DNA from: Raillietiella orientalis
Lineage: Eukaryota
Assembly (NCBI GenBank): GCA_036172245.1
Contig: JAYWIR010000011.1
Coordinates: 4,092,001-4,156,000, forward strand
DNA length: 64,000 bases
Direction of reading: 5' to 3'
The position numbers and the translations under genes were made by a program. Position 1 is the first letter of the stretch. Every line of letters begins with the position of its first letter. Positions 36,301 through 49,909 of the stretch are shown piece by piece. Under the pieces are notes generated by a model. The model was not told the DNA's origin and ran no database searches. It saw nothing but the letters and a program-made list of their open reading frames with translations.

Positions 36301-39300
36301 ATCTTATTGAACAAGAATTGGTCAATTATTCCGATGAATGAATGAACTAACCCTTTTAAACCTTTTTAGAAATGGCAATGTATAAGGGGTCATAGGTCAT
36401 AAGTGTTTTGATTTTTTTCATTAGTTCATTAGAAATTTGGAATTCTTCTGCAATGATTACACCATTGAATGCAAACATATCGGATTGCAAATGGCGTGCT
36501 GTCATTCTTTGCTCACTGTGATGATGGTAAAAACAGAAATAAGCTGGTCGACAATAGAGTAGTCTGATTATAGCTGTATCCAAGTATGGGATAGAGAATT
36601 AATTATTGAAATAATAAAAAAAGTTTGCATTTATAAAGTGTTAACTCGAAGCATAAAGAAATTGGGAAGTTTCTGTTGAATAGACATGTTTACAGGTATA
36701 AAACTCAAAACCACTTTGCATTATTTGAAGAGATTATTCAGTGAAAAGTACTTTAAATTTATTACTGGAAAAATGCCTCAAAGCAGTTGTTGAAATGCAA
36801 AAGAATTGTATGTTGTTTGCTAAAGTTGAAAAAATTTAATTTATATCAAAATATCTATAAGATCCTACAGTATGTTCAATAAAAATCAATTGGAATGGTA
36901 TTTGTATTCCAGAAAAACGTCTTGCTGTAGAGGTAAGGACTGTTCACCCCAGATAGGGATAATTTGGTACACATGTAGTTCGGGATTTGCAGCGCAAAAT
37001 TCTTTTTGGAGTGCATGTTCTGTAGTTAGCGTGTAATTTAAATTGTTCTTAGGTTCATTAAGGTTGCCTTATCCAGGAATTCTCCAGATTTTCAAATTCC
37101 TCTATGTACTGTTCTGTCATAAACTGTACAAAAGATTAAGATTTGTTTTGACCCACGGATAAATGCATCTGTAGTTTACTATGGAATACAGTTCCAATGT
37201 GATTCCGTACTACATAACCAAAGGGTAATATTCATAAGAAAAGTGGTATTCTGTACCCTGTTGAAACCACGTAAGCACCTAGGTAATCAAACAATGCTCT
37301 TCAATTTACAGAAGTAAAGAAAGAAAAAAAAATGCTGAGTTGTCATCTGTTTGATCATTTTCCCACAGGAGTACACTTTTAAATTTCATTGAGATGGTTG
37401 TCAAACGTTTCCCCAAGCCCAGCCACTCTTCGCCTACAAAGTGAGGGAGTAACCTTTTCTGTACAGAAAAGGGCATGCCTTCGCAAATCGTTATTCGGTT
37501 AGTACTACGTGTTTTATCTTCGATTCTCCATCACAGTTTCCTTTCTTGTTATTCGGCTAATTTGAATCGTTCCCTGTAAATCCCAGAATTCCACAGAGTT
37601 CGTGGTACATATTCGTCTAGCTCTACCACATTAGTTCCTTAGCCCACTATCCTTTGTTATTTTGCAAGATCTGTAGGTTTTTCCATGTCATGTTATTTCT
37701 TCCAAAAAAAAAAAAAAAAGAAACAAAAGCACTACAGGAAAAATTTTTTAAAACATCGTGTAAACTTTAGTAGTCATGATGTCTTTACAAGCCATAGGTG
37801 CATCGTCAATATCACCAAGAATCGTCATAGAATTTAGCAGTATCGTGTGAAAGACAGGTATGACAGTTGGTATCGTTATCTGTGCTCACCTCATGTAAGA
37901 CAGCACATAGCAATTTCTGTTATGTACATGATATTCGTGTCATGATGAAAGATTCTCTTCTAGGGCAGATTTCCATTTATTTAACCTTATATTTATTCAG
38001 GGTAGCAAGTGCATGCACAAGGACTTTGCGGAAATCAGTATTTTGTCTTTAAGGAAGAGGCCTCATCCTGAATCGGTTTGTTTCTTGGATTGAAATCATC
38101 TAGACGCTTCTTTCGCATGCGTTGCCCTCCCCGGTAATAGTCCAAAATAATAGTTATGAAACCATCTGCAACCATTCTTTTCTGACGTATTGAAGAAAAA
38201 AAGAAAAAAAAAAAAAAGAAAACTGTTCTCTTATGTTATGTTAGTCATTCGCGTTTATGGAATGCTTCATTCCAGGAAGGGGTGCTCCAGAGTGCTTCTG
38301 ATTCTGCCTCAAGCGTCATCCACTCAGGCGCCAACGTGCATTCCTTGCTTGATAAGGGAATACACTTTCAGGTACGTTTCATCCGCAGATCTGCATAAAT
38401 CGCAAATATACGAGGGATGATATAGAAGAGTCGGTCGATCACTTTACCAAACGTCTTCCTGTCTTCGTGTTGAATACCTGACCCATCATTCCAGGCAGGC
38501 AACTGTTGACCCCGTCTGTTAGCGTTGTTGGTACACGGTGTTGCTCTTGTGGTCACACTCAGCCTGGATGCTTTTCATGTCTTCAGGATCAGATTGACGA
38601 TGAAAAGCATTGGTGTATTCTGTCGATTTTGATCGTCGTCTTCATTCGACCCCTTCATCTATTTCACTCTTGTCTCTTGTAATAATTTCTTCAAAATTAT
38701 TCGGCATTTTCAACGTATCAGAAAGATGAAAAACAACATATGAAATTTATATACGACACAGTCATTATGTTATGCTATGCTACTGCAGGAATCACAGCCG
38801 TTCACCGGCGAAAGAAGTGACTCTGAAAAACCTAGAATGAGTTGCTAAGGGAATTATAAGAACGTAGGTGTATGTGTAGAGTGTTAACTTGTGTTGCGTG
38901 TATGAGTAAGAAACGCATCCGTGAGCCCGTTGTACGCGCCGATAGCTCTCTCCGAACACGTGTATGCGTTCGTTGTACCCAAAGGGTTAAGCGGGATCGA
39001 AAAGATGTTGGTAATGAGAAAACCTAATAGTAATTTGAATCAGAAATCGGGAATCGAAGATCAGAGAGCATTTTCTGCTAATTGTGCCGTTCCTTTGCGC
39101 GTTCTTACATCCGAATTCCCATTTTCAAAGTAATGGTTAAAAAAAAGCAGGAAAGAAGCTCTCCAGCATTCTTGTTGATGGATTCGCTTGCAGGCGGCGT
39201 CGCGGGACATTCGAAAGATCCAATCCCGAACCGCTCCCGGATTTTCGTTAGGCTCAGACTTGAAGGCAAGAATTTCAAAGTCCACCCTGCTCACTCAGAA

Positions 39301-42300
39301 AATCAGCTTCGCCGTGGCACGCATGAGAGAGGGGGAGGTGCCACAGTGTCATTGCTCGTCAGCGCATCCCCGATGACTCGACCTCGCCGCCTTCTGCTTG
39401 GGAAAGCTGCGAGCGTGCCTCATAGCGATCCTGATTTGCGCAGCAGGTGGGGGGCCCAAGTTGGCCTGCCCCCCTTGCTGCTTGGTGTCTCTTCTGATTT
39501 CACTTCGAATTTTCATGCTGGCCATGCGTGTCGCCGATGCTGGAGGACCGTCCTAACATGGGGGTGTCCCGAATACGCACCCAGTTCGCTTCTCTCTCTC
39601 TCTTTTTTTTTTCCCCTCCATTTTTTCCCAATGGATAGTATAGTCTGTGGACGGATTTCCAGATGGGGATAACCTATGAAGTACTGCGAAAGTATGTTAT
39701 CGAAATTGGCGTCTGGGTCAGTGGCGGACATATGGAAATAGCACAGCGTTAGCCATAACAACGTATTCCGTATTCCATGACGTATTGCAGGAAGTTCGGT
39801 GGATCAGAATGATCTCTTGCCTGACCAAATTGAACGGACCATCAGGTCTGCCGTCCCCGCCATCATCGCAGTCGGCAGTGTTGCTGTTGGAAAGTGTTCG
39901 CTTTTATTTCCGGACTCAAAGGCCGTGTCCGTCCGTCCTTGGGTTGCCGCGCGTAGACATGTGTACGTTAGTATACACTCGATTGAGGACTTACAGGCGA
40001 GTAGAGTTTGGAAGGTTTTATCTTTTATGTGTGTTCTTGTTTTGCTTTGCTGCATGAGTGGACGGTGCCGATGCTTTAGGCGGATCCTCCAGTCAACGTT
40101 TCCTAAGAAGGAATGGGTGACTGCCAGCAGCGAGTGGATCGGCTTTTATCGTATGGATGGATGTGAGAAATGGATCACTTGGGGACAGCGCATGAGAACA
40201 GTTTTTTTTTTTTTTTTTTAAATTAATGATTACTTTTTGGTCACTTCCATCAAGATGAGAATTTTTCAGCAGCCCTGCTGGAAGAGCATGCATGCATGCA
40301 TTTCCGGAGAAATACCGGGAACTCGAGGCTTCGAATTGAATTGCATGCTCTGTTTCGTTTTGCTCTGCTTTTGATACGTTAGCACCTCGTTGGATCGTTC
40401 TCACAGAGAAACCTTCGACTTTTCAGAATAATCTATCGGTGATTCTTCGGAGAGAAACCAAAGTTGACGCGTTGGGACTGATCGTGAGAAACGCCATACA
40501 GTCTATCAGGCAATCCGTTGAAACGTACACAAATTCGAAAGTTGCTGTTGACAACGAGAACAGATCAGTCATGCAGAAAGTCCATAGGAAGAAGACAACG
40601 ATGGAAAGGTTGCAAAATAGACTGATCACGTTGTCTAAGATTAGGTGAGTTTGGAAATCTCTGAACAAATCGGTAAGCGAATTTCATGTCATGTTGATGG
40701 ACGTTTCGCTGCTTGGTTTACCTCCTGACTGCTTTGGCATCTTTTGGTTTACCGACAGTCGCCCTATCGATATCGGTTGGGGTTTTCTCCATCGGCTTTC
40801 AGTAGGCATCTTTTCATCGGAAATCAGTAGTCGAATCTGACTTTGTAGTAAATGCACGGTCAACTGACAGTCTGTGACGGAAATGGCTCAGTGTTGCACT
40901 TGATAACTTGATCCTAGCTGAATCGGAGGTTTATGTTCAATGACGGAGCCTCTTCGGGAGGAAGGAAACACTTGGATCAAAGTTCCGGAAACGTAAAGGT
41001 TGCCATCCGCGCGGATGCTGTTCGTGAATCAGCATCTAAAGCAGCGTTCTCGAAGGCACGCACTTTCCATTTCCCTTTCAGAAGTTTCGAGGAACTGAAA
41101 TCCTTTCAATCCTCTGATCAGGTTTCCTCCTTGAGAGGGCATAAGATGCCGGTAAGCGTCGGGATCGAGCGGGCTTGAAGATTGAAACGACAGACACGGA
41201 ACACCGAAAGGACCAAACACGTGGCGCGCACGCTTAGGAATGCACTCGGCACGGGTGCAGTTATGGAAATGAATTTCTGCAATCACGCGTGCATGCACCG
41301 TAAGGAGGGTGCAAGAAAAATAAATCCGTCGTAGATGCATTGCGAATTCTGCTGGGTCTGTAATGCAGGTGTGCCGTGGCGAAGTGCATTTTTCCTTCGA
41401 TCGGGGACGAGACGTGAGACCGGCACCAGAGACCGCGGCTATTGACAGTCAGTCGTTTGGGCGCTGTCGAAAGAAGGCGGTGTGAGGCAGGGGGGGGGGA
41501 GGGGAGAGGTTTGCCGACGGTACTTCATAAATCGTGAAGCTCGGTATTACAGTTAAGCTTCCCGTCTGGTCCCGAGATACGTTGCTGCACGCTGATCTGC
41601 TGTACATAATGTATCACTTCGCGGAAGCATTATTAATAGGAAGTACATCCGAAGAAGTAGGGTATTGCTGCATGCGCTGCTTTCGGCAGGTTGACGTTCT
41701 CTTCTTGTTTTTGTGCCTTTTTCCTTTTTTTTTTTTTCTTTCTAACAGTTGATCTATCACGATAGGCCCACGTTCATGAACGATTTCGAAAAACTTGAGT
41801 TGAAATTGGCCGAGTTGTATCAGGAGTACGTGACCAAGTACCAGTGCCTTCTGTCTTTCGATGCAGATATGGGCGAAGCGTCACGAACACCCAGGAAAAA
41901 TCCAGCTGACACGGTACAGACCAACTGCATTCCATCTGCACCTACTCGCGCCTGTGGCGCTTTCCTCTCCTCTGCAGCGCTTTGAACGCTCTTCTCCTTC
42001 CTCCGAAAATGCAAACAACAGGGCTTATCTCTGATGATTTTTCCATTTTGTTTTCCTTTCAATTTTCCGAGCGCATTTTTTTTTTTTTTTGCGCCACGGT
42101 CGATCGTGGGATGTGCACCCCCATTGTACTGATTTGGATACGCACGCCAATGCAAAGTTTCGAGGTTTCTCCCTAGCGGGGTGTGTTTGTCGCCACGAAT
42201 CACTTGCAAAGATGCATTTTGAATCGAGTGGTCCCGCATTGCTGAAACGCAGGTGCAAAGATTTCCAGGGCCACCCACCCACCCCTCCCCCGGGTTCCTG

Positions 42301-45229
42301 AAGCTCTGCAGACGGGTCGGAATGGTACGTCGCGATTCCTTTCAGAGTGGAAGCGAAACGTTGACCGTCCGCTTGCGGTCGACCAGCGGGAGGAACATCC
42401 CCACCCGAAAGCACCAACTCCCGAGGGCTTTTCAGGTGCAGAAGCAGAACAGCGGTCTCTTCTTGCTTGCACTGGCGGAAATTCTTGAATCACTCTTGCT
42501 GGCGGGGCACAGCCGTTTCGGACTGTGGAGTGCACGGCCTTTTTCAGGAATCCCTTCCGTAACACGAAAACACCAAGTCAGCTGCTGCTGTACCGACTTT
42601 CGCTGGCGACTGCCGTTATTAATCGGGATCATTTGTACATGTAAAATAAAAAAAAAAAAAAATGCCGTGATGGCTTATTTAGGATACTGGAGAGCAACGC
42701 AGCTGTACCAGAAAAGCAAGCGTGAAAGCAAGATGCAGCGAGTTGTGTGGTGTAATCAGCACCGGTGCACCTGTGTCTCTGTAATGTCTTTGTGTTGTGT
42801 TTTCCAAACATCCAAGCCCAAGTATGATGATGATTTTGTGGAAGAGGGTTGATTATGGCGTTTCTGGACGCTTTGCTGTTGAGTGCGGAGTGTTTGAAGG
42901 TGTAGTGGTCACCGACATCCTGATTCCGAAATCCTCATCCTCGTAGCATTGGTCCTTTTTGTCCGGAAGCCTTCCCCTCCCCCAGTCACACATTTCTGCT
43001 CCTTGAGAAAAAATGCGAATTTGAAAAAGTCGAAGCAAAGTGACTCCTCGAAAAGGAAAAGAGGGGGAAAAAAAGTTGTCACCGTGCAACTTCTGCATGC
43101 ATGCACCATTTTTTTGCACCTTTCGAAAACGTCGTTGCGATAACATCTTTTCTTTTCTCGTTCGCTGTCGACTGTCATCGTAATGGACTTCCCACCTGTT
43201 AACCATGGTCTGTTTGGGGGATTTCTTTTCTCTACGAGATCACCGGATTTCCAGTTTGCATTTTCGGTCACCTTCCATCGTAGCTCGAATTTCACAGATG
43301 AAAGGAGCAAAGCCAAAAACGATTGCATGGGGTTGATTGCGTCTGCCCTGATGGTATCCCACGGCATCCCACGGGGATTCTTGTTCTTCGTCTTAGTGAA
43401 AGTCCTTCATTACTGCACAGTAGCAGAGTTGAAAGTAATGGAGTCATTGCACGCCTCCCATTCGACGGTCGTGGCCAGGTTCTCTCCAGGATCTTTCCTT
43501 CCATTGGATATTTGTTGAGTCTGCGTTTCGCCCTGCAGATTTTTTTTTTTATTTCCAAACTCTTGGTTGTCCTTTGCGATCATTCTTCCTGTCGGCTGCC
43601 GTGAGCTTGCTATTTACTAACACTTCGGTATGCTCCTTGGCGGACGGTGGCCTTGGTTGTATGGGATTTCAGGCTCCAGAGTTGGTGCTGTGCCGGGTCT
43701 CTTCGAGGGCTGTGGTCTTTCAAGAGTCGTCTTCCTTGTTTACTGCTTTTGTCCTGCTTCGCGCACAGCTGAGGCTTTCCTATTTCGGGGAGGAAGGCCT
43801 TTGCCGAATGAGGGAAGCATTCAGCGGCAGAAGTGAAAGTGAACTGCAATCGAAAACAAGACCCACTGTTGTTTACGCAGAGGCAGTCGCATTGAAATCG
43901 TGCGTTTCACCGCTTATTTGGGATGATTACCTGGGAGAGAGAAAGGGTGGTCGCTGCGGTTCCTTACACCAACACACTGTGTTGCGGTGTGTGTGTGTGC
44001 GCGCGCGCGCGCGCGCGTCGATTTGCCCGCTGTTCCCGTCGAACATCGCGAATGTTTAAGGAACGAAAGCCTGCCGACTTTGGGTTCTCCTGCCCGGTGG
44101 CAACATTTCGATTCCGTGGCACACCTCGTTCCCGAACGGGGTTGCAGGGAGACAGGTCGGATTTTTCGTTCCCCATCACGAGCACGTTCTATCTCGAACG
44201 AGACTAAGATGAACGTCGAAGATTGCCTGCCAAACCCTTGCGTGAATTATTTCTCGTTTCAGGGCAAGTTGGTGTCATTCCAGCATTCCAATAGAAGTCT
44301 TCCGGCTTCACAAGCGCTCCCCCAGACTTCGAAGGAAAGAAAATATGGAACCGACAACAGTTAGTATTTTGTGTGCGTGTGTATTGTACACATAGATGCA
44401 TACAACGCTCCGTAGCCAGCGAAAAGGGGCGGGCAGAGGAGCAGAAAAATACCGACAGCCTTGTAATCAAGTAGTAAATCCAAGAGAATGGCAATGCCGA
44501 GCGAACGCTGTCGCGCGTTCCATCAACGACGATAAGCGAGCGTCCTGCTGAGAAATGCTATCGTGCATTTTGTCACCCCCCCCCCCCCCCGGTCCGACGC
44601 ACCTCGCGCTTTGGCAGTCCAAGGGAAGACTCGGCGGCGAATCGCATCCCGAAATCTCAGCGGTTCCCGAGTCCATCTGCTGTTTCCGAAAGTAAAAAGT
44701 CCGAGAAGTGAAAGTGCTGCGAGACGAACGCCTCGGCGAGAGAGATAACGGATGTGGCGACCTCCATGGTCGTTCAGCACTTCGTTCCGATTTGAATATC
44801 TCGCGTCGCTGGCGTGTTCTTACCAAACAGTCTGTTTTTCGAAGCCCCTCCCCCACTCCCCCATCCCGTTTTTATCTTGCCATTTCTGCGGCTTCCGATC
44901 AGGTGCTTGCTTTCGTTCTGTATGTCAAAGTTCGGCCGCCTCCGGAGTTTCTTCCTGCTCCTCGGCTTGGCTTTTGCCCACCGGTCGTATCCACAAACGT
45001 TGCTCTTTCGTTTTAACCAGATGGCCCGGTGCAACCCGGCATGGGAGCGTCGCGCCGATAGGGTCGGTGCGAATAGCCCAACTGGCGGCCTATTCGTTCC
45101 GCTCCCCTGCCAGGAATTCGCGTTCTCAGTGTACGCGGTCGCTTGGTGTGCGGTCGCAGTGCGTTGGCGCACGTTACGCGAAGAGATTTTTTTTTGGAAC
45201 GGCTCCTTGATAAGTGGGATTAATGTGAT

Positions 45230-45262
<33 letters not shown>

Positions 45263-45441
45263 TTCTTTCTTTCCAAATAGAAGACAGTGCTGTACAGCAT
45301 GATCACTCGTTCTTGAAAGAGCGTCTCGGCAACGCGGATGAAGATCAGGTTTCGGGGGCTGGCATCCATAACGACATCCAAGAAAAATCCCTGGAGGAAA
45401 TGGAAAAAGATTTGGATCTCGAGACCGACGACGAATTCTGA
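33341..45441 (+). CDS. CLUAP1: Clusterin-associated protein 1 / IFT38 / DYF-3 (intraflagellar transport complex B), about 8 exons
   Basis: Exons 33341-33362 (MSYRVLQS), 33900-34093 (LSLETFNSPNFGLIAELLVW), 34396-34575 (IKLNVQKLYAGDKHSVNELWKLTSVL), 38276-38371, 40427-40644 (MERLQNRLITLSKIR), 41766-41913 (RPTFMNDFEKLELKL), tentative 42683-42749, and 45281-45441 (acidic end ..LETDDEF*). All GT-AG and phase-consistent; motifs are colinear with CLUAP1 as I recall it. Confidence 0.88.
43988..44017. repeat. (TG)n(CG)n alternating purine-pyrimidine microsatellite
   Basis: tgtgtgtgtgtgcgcgcgcgcgcgcgcgcg read directly. Confidence 0.9.
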
Positions 45442-45849
45442 CTCAGCAGAAGAAGTGTGAGGGCGTGAAAACGAGCAGATGGATGGCCAGCGGGTTCCGC
45501 TTTAGAACCAGCCTGCGGTAAACATACCGACGGCATTTGACTGACATCGAGACCCACCACCATTCCTTCTGTGTGTCTTTTTTCCTTGCATCAAATACAG
45601 AATGAAAAGCAGCTTCAGCAACGCTCGTGTGTGTGTGTGTGTGTCGATTGGACGAACGTGTTCGAGGTTCGGCTGGATGCCTGCCTTCCAGTGGTCCCAA
45701 TGCTTCTGATATCACCACTGGCCAGGGAGAATTTTCCTGTTCCCAAGTCTTCCTCCGAGAGTGGTTTGCAATAACTTTTTAAATACCACTTTTCGGAGGG
45801 ACTTTCTGGCTGGACGTTTGACGGCAACGTCTGGGGATGTCAACAGCCC

Positions 45850-47150
45850 CAGACATCCTTTCCTTCTCTCCCCGCACAGGTATTCTGGTTAGCCGTTCCC
45901 GAAGAAAGGCGCAACAGTTTCTTAACTTCTTTTCTAATCTCCCTGTCCGTATAGTTCCAGTCTCTTTTTTGATGCGTTCCTAGCTTTTGGTAATGCACGA
46001 GGCTAGGAAAAAAAGGTCTTCAGCGAGAGAAAAACCTGAATCCAGAAGGGCCATCTCCTCTACCGTGGTTGCTTCCTTTGTCGGAGTCTTCGGAAAGACT
46101 TCGATCCCGAACGGCTTCCTAAGATACTTATAAGTATCCGAAACGGATATGTCCGGGATTGTCCTGTTGCACACTTCGAGATTTAGATTTCGCAGCCCTC
46201 GGGGAGTTTTCCCGGAATACATCATCGCCGCACATTCAGTCGTTGCGACGGATAGCATCCAAGTTTCCGGGGACCCAGTTGCAGAAATGTGACGAATGAA
46301 AGAAGAGTCGGGTTGCCCTGTTGACGTTTAACGTTTTGTTAGGTCGCGCGCTTCCCCAGTTTCGTTTCTTTGCGCTCCTCCTATCCACCCAGCTCCTTTT
46401 TCATTTTCCTTTTATATATATATATATATATACGCGTACAGCAGGTCGGTTTCCTAAGCTGCTGTTTGAAATTTATAAGGGACTAGAAAATTAATGATTC
46501 CATGTTTTTATACTACCCATGTGAATGTAGGAAAAGACCCATTTCGATCCATTTCGTCAATAAAGTGTCTCAGGGGACGGGCTCTTCATATCGTCCCTTA
46601 TGAAGTCAGGTTCATGTGTACTTCTTTCCTGATTCATGGGCTTGCCACCCCCTTATTTGCCAACTTTTACGGGGAAGAATTTTGCTATCTAGGCTTTCCC
46701 GTCGCTGGTGATATCAACCGCTTGGTTGTGCCAAGGAGAGCTCCAAACGGAAGGGCGGTGCCCGCCGCCACCTTCCTTAAACCCCGACCAAAGCCTGCTT
46801 TCGCGCAGGGCCGCCCAAGCCAAGGCAGCGGACCCTAGAGTGACGCTGGATGGCTTCGAGAGGTGCGCGCAGACCTCCGAGGGTACGTCAGTCCTCACAG
46901 GTGCGCACGCGCAGGATTCCATAGCGCACCATTCCTCCAGGCACGTGCTTGACACGTACTCACTTGAAGACGGAGAAAACTTTATCCTAGCCTCTCTCGT
47001 CCCGCCCAACTCCTTAAGGAGTGCTGCTGCTTGTGAGCGGGACCCGAGGGGAGGGGAGATCCAACACGCCACTTTGGTCCGCAGCATCCTCGGAAGCGTT
47101 CCACCGTCTCCACGGGCCCTGGCAAGGCCACGCTTAGAGGACTCGGGTCA
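45850..47150 (-). mobile_element. Degenerate non-LTR retrotransposon RT remnant
   Basis: Minus-strand ..TECAAM..IPDISVSDTYKYLRKPFG (46260-46110) resembles the RT 'KC..IP....YKYLG' region. FKEGGGGHRP (about 46760) upstream weakly resembles K.G...RPI. Confidence 0.45.
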
Positions 47151-49909
47151 CCGGAGGAAATGCCCCTTCCCGGGATAAATTCCATTTATATCTAACCTTG
47201 AAGCCTTACCCTCTCGCTTGATCAGGAAACCGCTGTTTCACCTTCACCTTCTACTCCAGCATCTGGCTACCAGTGACCCCGATCCTGGCCTTGGGTGACC
47301 GTCGAAAAACCGGCTTGCCCCTGTAGAGAGAGGGAGAGGGAGAGGAGGGGGAAAGGCTGGAACTTTTCCCTCTCTTGACTTCCACCTTCCATTTCACTCC
47401 CTTTTTCTGGTTAATTGGTCTTGTTCTTCCCGGAAAGCATGGCTCGGGAGTGCCCTCTCGCGCCACGGAGAAGCACGAGATGCTTCCGCTCACGTCGGAT
47501 ATTTCATGGAAGGACGTGCGTTCAGCACGTGCTCTCCCAGGACGCTTTTACGAGCGGTTTCCGTGCTCTGATCGCTTTCCGTTTCGATCCAGGAGAAGGA
47601 AAAGGGAAAGTAAAGAATGCTCCTGCCTCCGAAAATGGGACCCAAGGGTCACCTCTCAAGGAAAGAGGATCCTGGTCGTGTCGAAAAGTCCGCTGGAACT
47701 TCTTCACACATCCGGAAGATGATTCTCCGGATGGGGTCCTCCGCCGCCGCCGCCGCCGCCGCGTCCCAAGTCTCCTCGTTTCGAGATTCCTGCTGCCGGA
47801 GCATGGGGCGGTGGATGCAGCGGCAAACGGGGATGGCTACCGACCCTCTCACACTGAGCAGACCTGAGGAGCAGAGTATCTGGTGTACGCGTCTGAGAAC
47901 TGACATCACATTAGCCTGCAGCCATATAGCCATCTTCATCCGAAAAAACGATTAAAAGAAAAAAAAAAATAGGTGCTCCCCCACACACGCACGCACACAC
48001 ACAAAAATACTCCTTGCCAAGAAAGAGCTTTTGCAAAAATCCCACGCTGCAAGTCGATCACCGAGAGCCGGCCAGAACCTGAAGGAAGCGGTGGATACCT
48101 GACGCAAGCTGCGCATCTTGAGTGTCTTCCCGTTTTCTATAAAAGGTTCCCGGCGGCGTATGGTGCGGAGGAATGCCTTCTTCGGTCGTGCGTCACTCTC
48201 TGTAGGGCATGCACGAAGGACTTCCGAAAAAGCGGCGTGGCACACCTGCGCGCCACGCTAACCTTCGCGTGATCTGGTTCTTCGCGTTTCTCAACAGGTT
48301 GGGGGCAACTGCCCTCCACCCCCACCCTGTGAAAGTCACCAGAGAACAGACAAGACAAAAAAGACAGTGCTCTCATCCAGAAAGCGGGCAGTTTACCCTG
48401 TTTACCGATGCTTCTAAGGAAGTTGCCAGACAGTTTTCTAATATTCCAGGAACTTGTAAAACACCTTAGGCTCAAACTGTAACTTTTCTATGGGATTCGA
48501 CGGAGGGAGTACTTCTTTCTGATGTTTGGATATACAGAACCATAACGGAGTGAATATTCCCTTTCAGTTACTGTCTTAGCTTACTCCACTGTGAAGTTAC
48601 AGAACCCATGGGTATGTTGATAAGTGTGTCTATAAGAAAAACAGGATCTAAAGCAAACAACCAGAAACGATTGCTTCCTATTCAGCGTTCAGCTACGTAT
48701 AGGCATGGACTAAAAGCAAGAAATAGACGAAGCCAAGAGGTATACGGAACTATTATTTGCTGCATTTGTACGATAGGTAAACTGCCAATAGCATCAGATG
48801 GATCGATGATAGGGCACAACAAGACGCAGGTCCATCTAAATATGTGCTTGGAGCCACAATTTTGAGCATAACACTAACTGCTTAATGGTTTATTTACTGT
48901 TTCCTCCAAAACGTTCTGTGGATGCCGCGTAGTTTCACCGGTCCAAGCCGATCCGCATAAGCGAGCCTCAGTGAAAGAAAGGCTGACAACTATTTGAAAA
49001 AATACTCGTGGACCTCAAGAAAAGAAAAAACGCTGCTGGCCAGCTAAAGGTTTTACATCTAACAGTGGACAGAAATGCAAGAGGAGCGAAGTGTAGGACT
49101 GATCGCAATAGAACATTAATGGACTACTAAGCTATATTTGTTGCTTTACGCAATTTTTGTTGTCATCTGACAACAACAACAAAAAAAAAATCTGGTCCAA
49201 AATCTCTTTTACATAACCAATTTTCGGATGCTATCCAAATCACGTCGATAAAAGGTAATCAATCATCAGTTATCAAATGGGAGTATATTTATTATAAGTA
49301 GCCATATAAAAATCATGTGCAACTTCGTTTTTCTAATTTCGGCCTTATGTTTTTGGTTGATTTGGTTATTCAGTTGAAATGGGGTGGTCATCAATACTCT
49401 GATCATTAGGAGCAAATTATAAAATAGTATATTCGGCTCGAAAATCTCAGGAACGAAAGCAAATATTAATAATGCCGTAGTATAATATTGTGTGGAGAAC
49501 TTACTGATTTCTAGAAAAAAATATCAGTTTACATGGGGTGACGATTTATGGTCGATGAAGCTATGCTTTTAACATAGTGGTTTCCAACAGTATTTTTTTT
49601 TTGTTTTTCTCAACATTTTTCACTTCATAGAATCCGATATATATTTTTTAAAAAAACAAACAAACAAGAGGACTCTCCGATTTTCGCATTTCCAATTTGT
49701 AAATATTTTCCACCTAATTTGGCACTTTTTTTTTCTCTCCCTTTCTTTCACCTTTGTTTTCTTGAATTGCAGCTTTGCGGAAAGCCTAGGTGGTATTCGT
49801 GTTTGTTTTGATTATTAGGTGCCTCGTACTCGGCTTATGTAAACTCCCTCGGTTTGCGTTGTGCATTTTGTAGTGCTTGCCGAATGTGGATTATGATTTT
49901 GACGTGATA

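Noticed and set aside
37150..37280. Stop-codon reassignment suggested by isolated in-frame stops in exon-like segments
   Set aside because: The four well-supported genes translate in the standard code with no internal stops in conserved exons. Introns or decay explain the isolated cases.
37454..37473. Perfect 20-bp palindrome ccttttctgtacagaaaagg
   Set aside because: Isolated, with no associated structure; not interpretable alone.
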